Source: Setoptus koraiensis (taxonomy: Eukaryota > Animalia > Arthropoda). From it: DNA of 64,000 nt. Below, piece after piece: positions 23,676 through 38,600 of the stretch. The stretch is taken from the NCBI GenBank assembly GCA_048013815.1, contig CM106586.1, positions 22,320,001 to 22,384,000 of the forward strand, given 5' to 3'. Below the pieces are notes generated by a model. It was not told the DNA's origin. It saw nothing but the letters and a program-made list of their open reading frames with translations, and did not search any database. Position 1 is the first letter of the stretch, and every line of letters starts with the position of its first letter. The translations under genes and the position numbers were made by a program.

Positions 23676-26600
23676 AAATGTAATAAAAATTAGAGTGCTA
23701 GAGAGAGAGAGAGAGTTAGAGAGAGAGAGAGAGTGCGAGAACTAAATAGATCAAGTGAGTTAGAAAGAAAAATAAGTCAGTTGATAAAGAGTCGTCGATG
23801 CGAGTAGATGAAAAATATAACAAATAAATAAATCAACAAAAAGATAACAAGTCTCATAGTTTAAATAGCCAACTTTTAATACTAGTAACACTGTCACTAT
23901 TAGGGCCAGGACTGCCACCGTTAGTCCAATCATGGACGCGCGATGGTCGGCCTCTCTGGTCCTCCACTGATCCATGGTGGTTGTGGTTGTGCGATTGAGG
24001 TGATGCACAAGGTCGATTCTCACTCTACTTCGAAACTGATTTTGAAATTCAAACAACTGTGCAAATATATTTGTTTCGAGGCCCCTCTGGGCCCCGAAAT
24101 TCGGATTTTTCCATATCTCCGCGAGCGGGCATTCCTGCACTTCCGAACAGAATCATTTCTGTTGGGGCCGCAATAGGTGGCTGGCGCAATCGCCAACTTA
24201 CGATTGCGACAGCAACACTAACAAACAGGTTTGCTGGTGCCTCAATGGCCAGTCGGCAGAAATAACTAGCATATACAATGGGGATTCCGTTATTGAATAG
24301 TAGTTGCAATCTCAGTTGTCGCACGCTGGCCGGCAGAAAGGGGACCGGCGACCATTTAATTGACCAACATGGGAACAATACCGCCAACTTGCCTCAGTTA
24401 TTTGGCCCAACTTATTCTTTCTGGCGAGCCGCAGAGCCATAGAGAGTGCAACGCACAATCGCATTGGGGAAACTTTTGTGGAAACTCGCTGATTATAAAT
24501 CGCCTATTGCGCTCCACTATTAATGGCAGCCACACCATTGGCGCCGCCTGTCAGGCAGTTCCCATAGACGCCCGAGGATCCGGCTTGGATAGACTCGACT
24601 CAGCGCCAGACATAGCAGCAGCCGGCGCCGAGGCCGGTAATATCCCTCAATTGGGATTTTACCTCTAAGCCGCATGCTGTAATCTTTTGTTGTTTGGCGC
24701 CCGGCAAACTCGCCGGCAAACTCGCCGGATACTCGCCAGCGAGCTCGCCAGAAGCCGATACCATGAGCCCACTAACTACACTAATTATAACTGCGCTCCA
24801 AACAATTTGGGTCCGCTTGGCCGGTGGCAATTTTCAATTTTGTTGTCGCGACTCGCGAGAGCCAGCCGGCAGTTCGAGCAATCATCGACAGCACATGAGC
24901 CGACTTTTGGGCTGTTTTGAGGCCAAAACAGACCCAATGTTGGCTCGGTTCCAGCCGAGATTAAACAGCTTTTGCCGGTAATGAGGCTAATGAGGACAAC
25001 AGACAACCGATACTGCTCGCCGGCCGCTTGGCCGTCACACTGTTAAAAGTGTAACGGCCACTGGCGGATAATTCTTGGAAAATTGCTGTTTATCCGTTCG
25101 TTTGTTTGTTCGCTCGCTCGCTCGCTCGTTTGTTGTGCGAAATTGGCCAATGATTCGCCGAGTGAAATATCCGCTTCGATCTGTTTCCTCTGCGTGATTT
25201 AGCCTTTGTTGTCTGGCGTGGTCTCGTTACTGTGCATTGGCTAGCTCGTTTGGTCGGCCCTCATGCCGCGGTCAGATTGTCGTTTGCCTTTGTTGTTTCG
25301 TGTGCACTTTCGTATCGTTTCGCAATACGAAATTCGCACCGTTTCGCAATACGAACTTCGTATCGTTTCGTGGCGCGCCACAGCGGCCCCCGCCACGTTG
25401 CCTAATGGTGGCAACATTGTCAAACAATTGCGCGTGTTGTGTCAGTGTCGAAACATTGTCAAATACACGTAATACTCGCGACAAGTGTCTCTCGGTTAGT
25501 GTCGTCAGTGGTTGTATTGGCAGCGGCGGCGGCAGCGGAGGTGGGCGCCCCATTCGCCAGAAGTGGTTGACGTTATTATTGTTTTGTCTCGGCCGGTCTT
25601 AGCGCACACAAACAATTGAGGAAAAAGAAGAGGAAGAAGAAGTGGAGAATGTTGAAAGTGGTTGTTGCAACTCACGCCGGGCTTACGTAATGCGGCGGGC
25701 GCGTATAGCAGTTATGTAATTGTAGCAGCACTTGTCATTGTCGTTGTCGTCGCCATAGTTGTTGTTGTTGTTGTTGCTGCTGCTGCTGTTGTTGTTGGTG
25801 GCGCTATTGTTGTGGCAGAGAGCGTGTGAGAACAAAGCGCGAACAATCGAAAAGATCTCAAAAGAAGAAGGAGAAAAAAGTTTTCTAAATAAATGGCCTA
25901 ATAGTGGCGCTGTATTTTATCTCTCCCCCTCTCCCTCACTCTCTTTCCGCCAGATCTCTTGCCAGATCCATGGCGCGCATCGGCAACTCTACATCGCAAC
26001 GCTGGCCGCTAATTTAGTGGGGCCCCATTCGAGCCCGTGCACAGTGTGCACGGGCTTGCTGGTGTTGACCGAATATCTATACGCAAGCTGGGGCCCTTTT
26101 TACCCGTAGTGCGCGCGACATGGCCAAGCAGCTCCAACGGGGGCGCCACAGCAAAGAGCATAAGTGGCCTTGTTGAATTGTTTGAATTGTGGGAGGTTAT
26201 TGCCAACAAATAAACCGGCCAACTACGCGGCACCTGATGATAAGCGCTGGCCGCCAGCACGAGCGGCCCCACTCTGTTTTAATCAACGCCCCTCTCTGTT
26301 TGCGTCCCAAGTGTGACTTATTATCATTTCATTTATCTAGTTGCTTGTTTGGCCGCTCCACGGCTGCTTAGCTAACTGCTCAGTGCGTTGAGTACTGGCG
26401 CCAATTGATGTCACAATGAGACCTGTAGTGGTCGCCCGTTTGCTCGGTGTCCAGCGCGTCTGACGGGCTCTGTCCAGGGGCGCACTGGCCAGTATAAGTG
26501 TGCGGCCCAAACGATCATTGGCGCCCATAAAAGACCATGAAAAGAAAGCCAGAGTGAGGCCACCGAGGCCATGCGAGATCCGCGCCGAGGCCGCTGACAG

Positions 26601-29600
26601 CCAAGTAGAGCGAGCCCATAAAAGAGGCCACCCAATCGCGGGCTCAATCCAACAAATAGCCGAGTCGAGTAGCCACTTATTGTCTATTAGACAGCTCCTA
26701 TAACCAACAATAGCAACCCTGGCGATGATTACCTGTGCGAGTATGGCCAACACAATACGAAACGTGCAAACCCAAATAACAGTTACACTCGTCCAAAAGT
26801 GCCTTTGTTTTATCGGTCACTTTTGGCAACTACCAACCGATGTTGCCAAAACCGGTTGCAGCTAGTCTCAGTTTTTGCCCTCGCACAAATGAATTTACAT
26901 TCGTTGCAGCGTCTCGCAAGCAGCTAGCTCCGTCCGGTTGGCAAAGCGGAAACGACCAGTGAGATGGACGAAAAATGCAAAGCTACACAAGCACGAAACC
27001 AGCCGAACTGATGACGAACTGGGCCCGCATTGGCGAGCTCTCGTGTCGCCACTTGCGCCGCTAACTGTGTGCTCGCTGGCGGCACCTAGCGACTTCATTA
27101 CCACCGCGGCTGGCTGACTGAATGAGCAAAAGTCGTAATGGTTGAGCGTCGCCTAAACCTGTTTGCGACCGTTTGCGACTGCTTGCGATTGTTTGCAATC
27201 GTTTGCAATTGTTTACAATCGTTGTTCACAATTGTTTAGTCTAGAAACACGTGCTAACACGTTACTGTCTGCAGGCTAGCTGGCGCGTGCTGATGTTTCC
27301 AGTCGGACTGTTTGGCACTCGGTCGCGACTCTAAATGCGACCAAAAGATATATTGCTATTATTGATTGGCTGGCAAGCTTTCTATTGCACAATTGCAAAT
27401 TGCTGTTTGTGTTCGCCCTCAAATGTGGCCCTCGCGACAACTTGAAGCATTATTAGCGACAACCCATTCTACGAGATAAGCCGGCGCTCTCGAGCACAGT
27501 TTTGAAGAAATTGTTTCCAGTTGGGCCCCAGTATTCAACTGCCATCATGTCACCACTGACGCCGAATCGTTGGCATTGTCGCCACATTTATGCGGCCATA
27601 GCCATACCACAATGGACCAGATATAACATGTATCTGGTTGTTGCCTGCTCACGATAAGACCTGCTTGTCAGGGGCCCCTTGGCCTGTGAGGACGCAAATG
27701 AGTCATTGTACAAGTTAAACCATGGCAATCACTACATTTACATGGGATCAATCTCACCTCGCAGCTAAACCGAGCTGATCCTCGCCACCGGAAATCAGCT
27801 CCAGATCAATCTGCGCACGAGCGACTGCATTCGGCTGGGCCATTCCCAGAAAAAACAATTGGTAGAAAATTTGTCGGATATTGCGCTGTATGTAAATTAG
27901 CGGCATGTTTAATTAAGCGGCGTCACGCAACGTTTCATGTGTAATCGAATGCCTGCATCAAGCGAATACATCATGACCAATTCGCAATTCACACAGAAGC
28001 GCATGTCATTTATGGCGAGCGTTATTTCCAGTTCGAGTCATTGAGGCCCAGCTCTGGATTTAATTAGATCATACAATTGTTTGTTTGTTTGTCGGACCGT
28101 GGCGAGTGTGCAAATCGTCAGTGATGATCGTCGTTGCGACAAAACGAGCGCTAGCTCGAGACGAACCACGAATCAAAGTCAAACATCAATCATGTCAGAT
28201 ATTTGATTAGTTTGGGCGCGTTCTTCAGTTGCTTCTGAGCTGGATATTCATAGACTGCCTTCACTGTATATGTTGACATTATAAAATGGTCAGCTTCTAG
28301 CAACGACCATACGACAGCGACAATTTTCATAATGATTGGTCGTCGCGTGCCGCAAGCTCAAATGACAGATATGGCAAACAATCAAGCGACATTCTCTGCT
28401 TTTGTTTGCTTGCTCTTGATTGTCGGCTTGCGTAACATTTAATTTATCAATTTAGTCGACGTGCAAATCAAAACGAAAACAATGCTTACTGCAACTATCA
28501 AAATGCGAGAAGCGTTTGGAGCGCAAACAGAAATTCGGTCATTTGATGCATTGCTTGCGCACCCACATTGGCATTGAATAAATAATTAAACTGTGATCCG
28601 CCTGATAAAATGAATGGATTGTTAATAAAGAATGGCACTGAATCCTCCAGAACAAATGGGTGTTCGATTGCGACCCGGCCGTCGTTTCTGCGCACCTCTA
28701 ATTTGCATATGATTGAGTGCCTGCGCGATGCCTCACGAGCATTCGAAATATCAATATTGCCTAAATAGACATAATGTGAGAATCTTGCAGTCTAGATAAA
28801 CACTCTTTTCGCCCAGTTCATCAATCCGTGCTGAGTATTCGATTTGCAGAAAATCAGTCGATAATCCTTTGACTTGTGAGTTTAGACGTCTTGCATGCAT
28901 TGAATCTCAAAAGTTTTGTCCTTTTTGCCAAGAAATTCTTGCCAACAAGTTCTTGCCAAGAAGTTGTTGGCCCCCTGAAAGGACTGATCTCTCAGTTGGA
29001 ATGGGCTCGAAAAAATCATCCTCTATCGGCCTGTGTGAGGGCTACAAACGAATGGCGATCCAGGCAGCTAACTGGAATTCTCGCACAAACTAGCAGCGAC
29101 AGAACATCTCAGTGGCCGAGCAAGAGGAAAAGTTTGCTATTTTTGTAGAGCGGGTCGGTGTCAATCATCATGGCAGAATGCAATTGGTTTGTGTGTTGTC
29201 GATGGAGCCACAAAAGAAGCGTTTGCACACACGACAGGATGGCTTTGTCGGATTGTGCGAGAATCCTTTCTTAGAAGAATTCAACCTCTAAGCGAAAGAG
29301 AACTTAACACAACCTTTGATCAGGCTTGCATCGCCGGCCAGATTATATCACGGCATGTTCTAGCTGAAGCTTATTGACTTCTAATGGCTAGACAAAAACT
29401 TTGGCCCACTTTGTCTAGGAGATTTATACTTGCAGACAGAAGGTGAGGCTAGTTGTCGATATGGGACTGGTGGCAATATGTTAGTATTGAGGATTTCGGT
29501 GTTGTTCGAAAATCCAACTGAAATGATGAATTGGCCAAGTGTTTAAGCTTGCGCTGTTGGGGCCCCTAGAACAAGTGCAGGGGTGAGTTTTTGAATGGCA

Positions 29601-32600
29601 CTGGGGTGTTAGGAGGAGGTCGCTGGCACAAGAGCAGGCTAGATGGATAAAAACAGATAAAGCGATGGAGGCTTCACTGACACTTAGTTCTGGCCCCAGC
29701 CCCGCACTCGATTCTTTTTTTCTTCGCCTCGTTTCGGCGTCTTTTCGTTGCATCTGCAGCCACGAACAGTTGGCAGGCCAAGATTTAGCCTTTGGTAGCG
29801 AAGCAGAAATAAGGCATCAATATCGAGCGCAAAACAACTGCAAAAAAAGATCTGCTTGCCCGGCTCACCAGCGACACACTGCTCTATCTAGGTACCATTA
29901 GTGTCCTCATCCCCCAATTTTATTGCATCCTCTCTTCTTCTTCTTGCTTCGTTTCGCCTGATTTTTTTTTCTTGGCTTTTACATCCGAGCCAGGGCGATC
30001 ATTTTCGTTGCTCACCTGATGAAAAGAAAATTTATCTATCTATCTATTTTTCTAAATTAAGCTCCTCGATACCCATCTCGCCATCACAATCAAAATAAGC
30101 ATCAAAACGCCTGCACGCGGCGGCCATGCTAGCGCGATATTTCCGATATTTGGCCGGGCTGTAATTTAATTTCGTGAGCACCATCTCCACCTCTGTTACC
30201 CACCGACAGGCCCCATAAGATCTCGTTCGTTTTTCAGCTGTCCGCAGAGCTTGTTCTAAAGTTGCCGTTTCAAGTTGCCTCATCTGTCCAATGGAGACAC
30301 GGTTCCAGCTTGTAAGTGCAAAAACTTGTTTCTGTTTCTCGCGAGAAGCGACGTCTGAGAGGTAGAGCCGGCCTGGTCGCGAGCGAGCGACCTCGGACTT
30401 TTCGGCCCACTTCGCCACATTAGGCAGCCTGTGTATCAGCTCGCACATTTTTAGTTTTTGATTTTTATTTATACAGTCGCACAGAATGGCATTGCGACCT
30501 TCGAAACAGCAAACATTGCAGCAGAGAATTATTGTCGTGGTGCAATGGTCAGATGCAACTATTGACCATTGTTGTGCAACAAAATACCAGACAACACTGA
30601 GCTGGCTGGTTGGGCAAACAAACACTGGCGGTTCCTTGTGCAAATACAGCAACAATATGCACGCCAACTAAACGCATCGTGAAATTGAGGCCCGAAGCAC
30701 CAGCGGAATACCAACAAGCTGGCCCGAATTGGCGCGCCCAGTGAGTTGCTGAGGCCGATGTTAGACAAAGAAATAAGCGAAAGTGGCCACTGGACATCGC
30801 ATGCGTCCGAGGCCCGCCGCGACGTTGCAAAGAATTCTCGCAAAAATCTCTATTATATCGCGAACAAGAGACGACGAGACACAACCAGAAGAGTATCTAT
30901 TAGAGAGAGAGAGTATTTGCTTCGAAAAAGAAAAGTCTGCGAGGCTAAATTCGGATCTTGAATTATCGAACCATCGAATCCATTTTGCGCAAACTGGCCA
31001 CCCAAACCGGAAATTGATAGTGGCACAGTTTTTGTTGAATCAGAAAGGCTCAGATTGTTCCAGATATGAAGCTCATCGCCCGGCGCAACAATATCTTGCG
31101 ACCAGCCCTCAGTGTGGATAGTCTAACTTCCGGTCAGGGAAAATTTTTCTACTGATTTCGTGCGTGTATGTGTGTCTTCGCTGAGAAGAGTGGCATTTTC
31201 GCCACCATATATCCTATAACATCGGGACACTGAGTAGCACACAGATTTTCTCTCCAAGGATGATTATTGTTTCGACAAGCAAGTGGGCAAGACAAAAAGA
31301 TTGTTGGTTGTTCTTCGTTGTCTCGAGATTCTGATCACTCGGGCTAGTTTTTTGTGGGTTTTTCGCACGTTCACTTCAAAAAGCCATCAATATTTTCTCT
31401 CACAGCAGATATGACTTGAGCGTATTTGCATTGTGGAAAATCTTTACGACAACAGCAAAGATAGGTGCCGCAAACGGCTTCAGAAAAAGTCAGAGTATTT
31501 AGTTTCGAGTGGGCGAGCCAAGTGGTCAGCGATTCAATCGATGAGCTTTCTCAATTGATCCCAGCAGTCCAGTTGCCTGTGGCCATAACAATTTAATGCC
31601 ACCATTATTTCAATTCATTTCACTCGACTGCAATGCCAGTCAGAAGAGCGGATATTTCGGGGCGACTACTACTGCAACGGTCATATAAAGACAATATAGC
31701 GCCAAGGTGTGCTCTTTTTTGGTCCGTTTTTTTTCTATCGACTTGGTGCGCCTTTAGTTGTTTGCGACTCGCAAACAAGACTGAGTGACTCTGAATTGTC
31801 TTGCAGATAACAGTGGTCAAGTGTTGATAAAGGGCGAAATTCGAGAACGGAAATGATGAATAAAATAATAGATATAATAAATAAATATATTGTAAAATGA
31901 AATTTTCATTTCGTTTTCACGAAATATCGCGTCTGCTTTTTCGCTCACGTTGCCGCTGATGAAGCAAAACGAGCAGAGCTGTGAGCGGATTATAGGTTTA
32001 GTTTGTCATGAATTTATTATTTATTTGGGCCTATCTACGCGGCGCGTAGTCTTATTTCAATATACATTTCAATATATATATGTATGTATGTATGTTATGG
32101 TCTGGTCGAGATTAAAACACGTTGATGGAATGAAAAGTGACAGTTATGAGAGATAGATAGTTGTGCTCGTGAGAAACAACAGCAAACAATTTTATTTCTA
32201 AGCGCCATGTTTGCAACGTTTTATACAAAAGTACGTTGTATAGCGGGCCTCGGCGGCGGTCACGTCCGGTTCTCCGCTGTTATTGTGTCTTATCTAAAGT
32301 GCCCCCAGAGAGCCGGCCGAGAAATGGATTTATCTATTTAGAGGAGCTTAGTATGTGTGCATGTGCGCCCCCTGGAACTGGAAAATAAAAGACGAAAATA
32401 AGCGACTCGAAAAGTCCGCCAGAGTATTCTGGCCAGGCCGCCCGTACACACAATTGGATCGGCTTTGAGGAGAGGCTCGTTGCGGGGCCATTTTTCTCGA
32501 GATATGACCATGACAACAACCATTAAATGGCCATCGGTTTGTCAAACGTTAGTAATCATAAACTGATGGCGCATGTAGTTTTAAAGCCAGCGGCCAAGCT

Positions 32601-35433
32601 CGCCGAACGAGCGGCCGAGCTCTCCAAACGAGCGGCAAGTGTGTTTGGGGGAGCCAAGTGCACGGCAGCCAATTTAAATAGGTTAGTTGGGGCGCGCGCC
32701 AATTCAATTTGAGATGATTTTGGCCAATTCTTGCGATTATCTCGTGTTGCGGCTCTGGACAACAATAATTTGGGGCCCACTGTGAGCGGTGTGTGGCGGG
32801 CCGGATTCGGCCAACAACCAGCACACAATCTTGCCAGCGCACAACAGTTGCCAGATGCACGGCGAGCGTTTATCTGGCACTGGCGGCCATCGGGGGCCCC
32901 CGAACGGGAGCTTGGCCCCGCCAACTTGGCACCGCCAGGCCACTTAGAGCGGCGACTCGCTCGGAGGGCCCCCTAATGGCGGCCACTGAGAGGCGGCCAA
33001 TTCAAGCAGTCAATGGCCATTAATTGATTGTGTCTTGTCAAGATAGCAATTCGATTGAATTCGATTGCAACTTGCCCGGCTTATCTTGTCCTGTGCGGGC
33101 CGGGCCGGCCCGGCCATTCCAGTGGGCCGCTTATATCTGGCCGCATTGGGCGCTTATATCTGGTTGCTTTGGGCGCTTATGTTCGGCGGGGGCCAGCAAC
33201 TTATATATGCGTCTGCACAGCTGTCATTGGTCGTCATTTGATTCGGACAGTGTCGTCACTGACTCAATCGATATCTCACCATTGTTGTCGCGGGCCGGCC
33301 CGACCCCAGGCCACTCAATCAATACAAGCGGCCGTCGGCGGCGGTGGCGGCGGCGCAACTGACCGACCGCTGTAAATAGTGTGAATTGAATTAATGGCCA
33401 CCACACACACACACACACACACACGACACATGCTGACCAAGACAGAACAGGTGAGCGGCGCACAGGTGCCATTACGCAATCGGTGGTGCGACACACGTTA
33501 TGCGTACAATATCGCAACACTATCGTATATTGTGCGCGCGTTGGGCACGTGCATTGCACGCGCACCCTCCATACATTGCGTATGCGGCACAATGTGTGGC
33601 AGTGCCCTTGCGACTACGTGTCTGGCAAGCTAACTAGAGCGGCCGCTTTGTTTTCGCGCACCTTCTCGCACAGCGCGAGGGGCCCGACGAGCGACAGGCT
33701 CGCTAAGTTGGCCAGTGTTGTTTGGCGCGCTCGGGCCCCTCTCGACCGGCCGACGGTCGCTTTTGCCGCGTGTCGTGTGTGTGTGTGTGTGTGTGTGAAT
33801 AATGTCGCATGGCATAATTACTTTTATCTCTCGCTTTTCGGGCCCCGCTCGCCCGACTGCCGCCCGAAGCTGGCGCCGAGTAACAAGAGCGATGGCAGTT
33901 ATTTGCCACTTTCAACTATCGCCGACCGATCCGCCGCCCTCGCCTACCGATCCGCGGGCCTCGCTGACCGACGGCCAGCGATTGACGGTTCGGCCGTCAG
34001 CTCAACGCGGCCGTCAGCTCGACGCGACCGTCAGCTCAACACGGCCGTCAGCTCGACGCGGCCGCCAGCCCAATGCGGCCGCCCGCTCGGTGGGGCCGGC
34101 TCGAGCTGGCCCAATCAGGGTCAGTTGGTGCGGCCGAGCTCGGGTTAGCGGGCAACATGATCGCCCGCTAACCCGATAAGTAATGTGGCGCTGCGCGTAT
34201 GTTATAACTGGTTTATAACTGGCTTACACACACACGCACACGGCGGCGTAATGAGACAAAGTTGAAAGATAAGATAAGCAACTTTGAGCGGCGGCGGCGA
34301 CATTTTTTACTGGTCGCTGTGGGGCCCGGCGCGGTGGCGCGAGGCCCAACTTTGGCCTCACTCACACTGCGCGCGGCTCAAAATAAACCGAGCCGACAAA
34401 CCCGGATCAGTGGCGCGCGGCCCACGATTGCCCTCGAGCGGGGGCCGCGCGCCAGTCTCGTGTTTGTTGGTCATTTTCACTCAAGATTCGCCAACACAAC
34501 AACGTGCCACGTCTTCGCTGTTGGCCACTCAATTTTTGATGGCAACGAGATAGCCGGCAACGAGATAGGCCCCACAGAAAACGAAACGGCCGGCGAGGAG
34601 CCCCAAAAATTGGCTAAAGAGCGCGCCAGATAAAGACGCAACACCGTGCGCAAATCCATGCGAACAACGTGGCCATATCGCACAGCGCACACCGATATCA
34701 GATGATTATGATGGCTGGCACACGAGCCTTCGTTCGACCTTCGTTGCGCCAACTAATGGCGCCCCCAGAGCGGGCGCGGTGCGCGCGCGCCGCAAACCAA
34801 TGGTGTGCCACTGCGCACAATTGGGACGGGCGAATGAAAAACGTCGCCGCGATTCCGTTACCTAGACCGTTTGCGATTGTGCTCCTATAGTCGCCATGGT
34901 CGGCGAAGTTGCGGGAGTCGCTATAGTCACTGAAGTCTCTGAGGTCGCGAAAGTCGCTATAGTCGCATACCGCACAGTGTTGCGCAGTGAACGTGATCTG
35001 GCCCGAAGAGAGCGAGCTTGTTGGCGTCGATGCGCCAGTGATGTGTGCCACAATAGCGCGACAAAGTGCCAACTATCCGCTAACGGCGTTATTTATGCTA
35101 ATTTGAGCGCTCGTGGTGGCCCGATCTGCCTCAACATGACTCGCCCGTCGATTGTGGGCCCGCTGAGCAGCAATTAAGTGGCGACAAAATTGAAAAAGTT
35201 TGAATTGTTAACAAAAGTTGAAGACAAAATTCAAGCAAAGTCGCGAGTGCAAATGTCAGCAGTGTGCGGTGGCAAGATATGATGATAAAAATGAGTTTTC
35301 GCCCGGCCAGTCCATCTAACAATTGCATGAATATTGTGTATAAATATTGCACGACATAGCCGCGCAGCGACGCCGGGCCCGCGCCACGGAAGAAGAGCTA
35401 GCAAGCAAACAAACAGCGCAATCGCGTTACCTA

Positions 35434-35595
<162 letters not shown>

Positions 35596-37795
35596 TGCGG
35601 CCAGCCGGCGTGTAACGGTGCCGCATCCAGCAGAAGCGGTTGCGTAACTAGACTAGCAAGCAAAAGGTGTGCGCCAAGTGAAAGCACGACAAGCCGAGAG
35701 GTAAACAATGAGCAAGATTGGCTCTAATTAATCACCTATCGGCGAAAACTAACGCGCACCACGAACAGCGAATAATAGCGCCGGCTAATGGATTGTGTGC
35801 ATGGCGCCACCAGTGCAAAAAGTAATAAGCTCATTATTATCATTTAGCCGTAGAGATAGAGCTCAAATATAGCTCAGATATAGCTCAAATAGAGAGAAAT
35901 AGAGAGAGAGAGAGCAGAGGCATAAAAGAATCACAGCGAGCAACAAAAGAAGGACAAAAATCATCACGAGCGCCGGCAGCACAATGCGAGAGGGGTCACC
36001 ATGAGGCGCACGATTAAGACATTAGATAACCACCGACGGCAGCAGCAACGGCCTCGCCTAGCAGTGCCACAGGTAAGCCCGGTTAGATAGAGGCGTCTTG
36101 CTCACGACTCACAACAACGCCAACAACGACTCACAACAACGCCAACAACGACACACAACAGCGCCAACAACGACACACAACAGCGCCAACAAATCGCGTC
36201 GCGCCAAAGGTAAGCCATTGAAGCATATCGCACAGTCATATGGCACCGTACGCAACAACACGACAGGTGAGAACACGACAGGTGCATTGTGCAGTTATTG
36301 TGTTGGGCACGCCACACACACACACGCGCGCGTGCATAACACGCGCAGCTTTGCGCGGACCGGAAGTGCCGGGCCAAAATCATTAGTGAGTGAGTGAGTG
36401 ACACAAACAAACGAAACAAAACAAAACAAAGCAAAACAATTTAACAACAGTGGGCTTGTTTGTTGATATGCGCGCGATTGTTTGCGCAAACAAATATGCA
36501 AATTATGCAAGTTATGTTATTTATTGCTAATTTGCTTGCGCGCTGCTGCGTCATATCGCTATAAACCGTGGCCAGCAAACACACAAAAATGCACCAACAT
36601 ACACACTGCACTGTACACTACAATGTACACGCTAAAAGTGATTAAGTGATGGTGGCCATTAAGTAAGCGGCCCTCTACCCGAGACAACTTTATATAAGCA
36701 CGATGGTAAAATATAGCGAGCTCTAGCGGCCAGTCGCTGGCACTATACGCAAAAACAGATAATGAGCGTGTGATCTAGTTAATTATATAGTTTACAGCAG
36801 CAGCAACAACAGCAGCAACAACAGCAACAACGACAGCAACAACAGCAGCAACAACAGCAACAATGCACCCGGCGCTAACTGTCAGCGACAGTGAGCACCT
36901 AGAACAGGGACGACATTAACAGAGGCGATGAAGACGTAACAGCACATTAGCAAAAAATATACATGTGTAAACAGCTGATTGTGTGTTTGTCGTCAGGGTG
37001 GTTATTGCGCAATCGGCAGCGGGGCCCCACTGCCGATCATCCGCACAAAGCTGGTGTGTCGCTACTAATAGATGGGCCCCATTAAACGTGCAAAGTGGAA
37101 AGTGCCGGCCCCAGCGAAGGTGTCCGACGGCGCTGTATCGCGCTGTTTGGGTGCTATATGGCTCTATGGCTCTATGGCTCTATGGCTGCATGGCTATATG
37201 GCTGCGTGGCTATATGGCTCCGTGGCTATACGGCCGCATAAGTGGTGTAGGGGCGCTGCTGTCGCCCGCTAAGTACGCTAAATAAGTGGGCTCTATTCAG
37301 TTGGGGCGCCACTGGCGGCGCCGTATTCATTATACGTATTATACGGTGGCGCGTTGTAACTGTATAATGACACTGGCGCACATAATGCGCCACTGGACTC
37401 CAGTGACTGGAGTGCCCCTCGCTCACCCTGAAACCGAACTCGACTAGCGAACCGGGCCACAGAGGGAGCCCCCAGCGAAACCGAATCGCCGAGACTGGTT
37501 GTTGGTTGATGGGCCGGTTGTCGGTTTTAGGTTGTCGGTTGAGAGGCCGGTTGTTGGTGGCCGAGAGACAAAAGTGGAACAATATGAGACAATGTGTTTG
37601 CGCGCCGCAGACTGGGGGCGCCGTGATTGCCAGCGGAGCTATTGTGGGGCCCCCTCTGGTATGTCTGTCTGTTTGTTTGTTTGTGTTTGCAACAAGGAGG
37701 TTGCGCATTTTTTGTTCGGGGGCGCCCGCTCGGCCCGCGCACGATTTGTGCGGCCACCCACTGCGTGCGACCGCGCAAATGTCGCTCCGTCGAAC

Positions 37796-37849
37796 AGAGT
37801 TGCATAAGAGTTGCATAAGAGTTGCATAAGAGTTGCATAAGATTTGCAT
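37796..37849. repeat. 11-bp tandem repeat AGAGTTGCATA x4 plus one degenerate copy
   Basis: Read directly from the sequence. Confidence 0.9.
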
Positions 37850-38535
37850 CGGTTGTCGGTTATGCTGATTTGGTGTGTGCTGTGCCCACTTGTTAGCGGG
37901 CGCCCCCCGATTGTGGGGCCCCTCTCTTACAAGTGACTCGGCTCTGACAGTGGGCTGGCCAGCGGGACGGCCGCGAGACAGCGACGGTGACACGGCGACA
38001 AACATTGCCAACAACGACGACAACAGCGACAACAGCGACAACAACGACAGTAGCAACAACAGCAACAACGACAACTTTTAGTGTAACACGAGCACATCAT
38101 TTGCACACAAGCAACACCTAACTGCAGTTATGTAACCTGACAGACGGACAGACAGACAGACAGACGCTATATCTAGTGGATAGTATCCAGTATAAACTAA
38201 ACAGCAGCACACTTGTGGGCGCCAGTATCCAGTTAACGCCTCACAGTGCTCATTCAGTTGCTTGTTGTGCAATGGGTTACGTCATGGTGTACGTACAATA
38301 ATAGTAATGTACACACACACTCACACACAATGACGTAACAATGCCAACACAGCCTAACAGTGCCCAATGTGCATAATGTGCAATAATGATAATAAAGCGG
38401 CGGCGCCGTCGCCTCGCCCAATCGTGACATTGGTCACATTGTTGTTATATAACGCAACAACAACGAAGCTGGCTGTCGTAACGGTAACCGAGTGAGCCAA
38501 CAATGACAACTATATCAACCTGTCTAGCCGCAAGC

Positions 38536-38600
38536 CTCTTACGCAACGCTCTTACGCAGCGCTCTTACGCAACACTCTTACGCAACACTCTTACGCAACA
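38536..38600. repeat. 13-bp tandem repeat CTCTTACGCAAC(G/A) x5
   Basis: Read directly from the sequence. Confidence 0.9.

Larger units (their letters stand above)
22075..23899. repeat. 24-bp inverted repeat pair (22075-22098 / 23876-23899)
   Basis: TAGTGACAGTGTTACTAGTGTTAA versus its reverse complement, with one mismatch. No unambiguous TSD. Confidence 0.8.

Noticed and set aside
28630-28650. AATGGCACTG resembling the 5' end of miR-263
   Set aside because: Only 10 nt match and there is no pre-miRNA hairpin. No conserved arthropod miRNA was recognised in the window.
37226-38074. 282-aa minus-strand ORF with a hydrophobic N-terminus
   Set aside because: The apparent signal peptide is an antisense (CAA/GAC) repeat, and the body is made of minisatellites with no recognisable domain.
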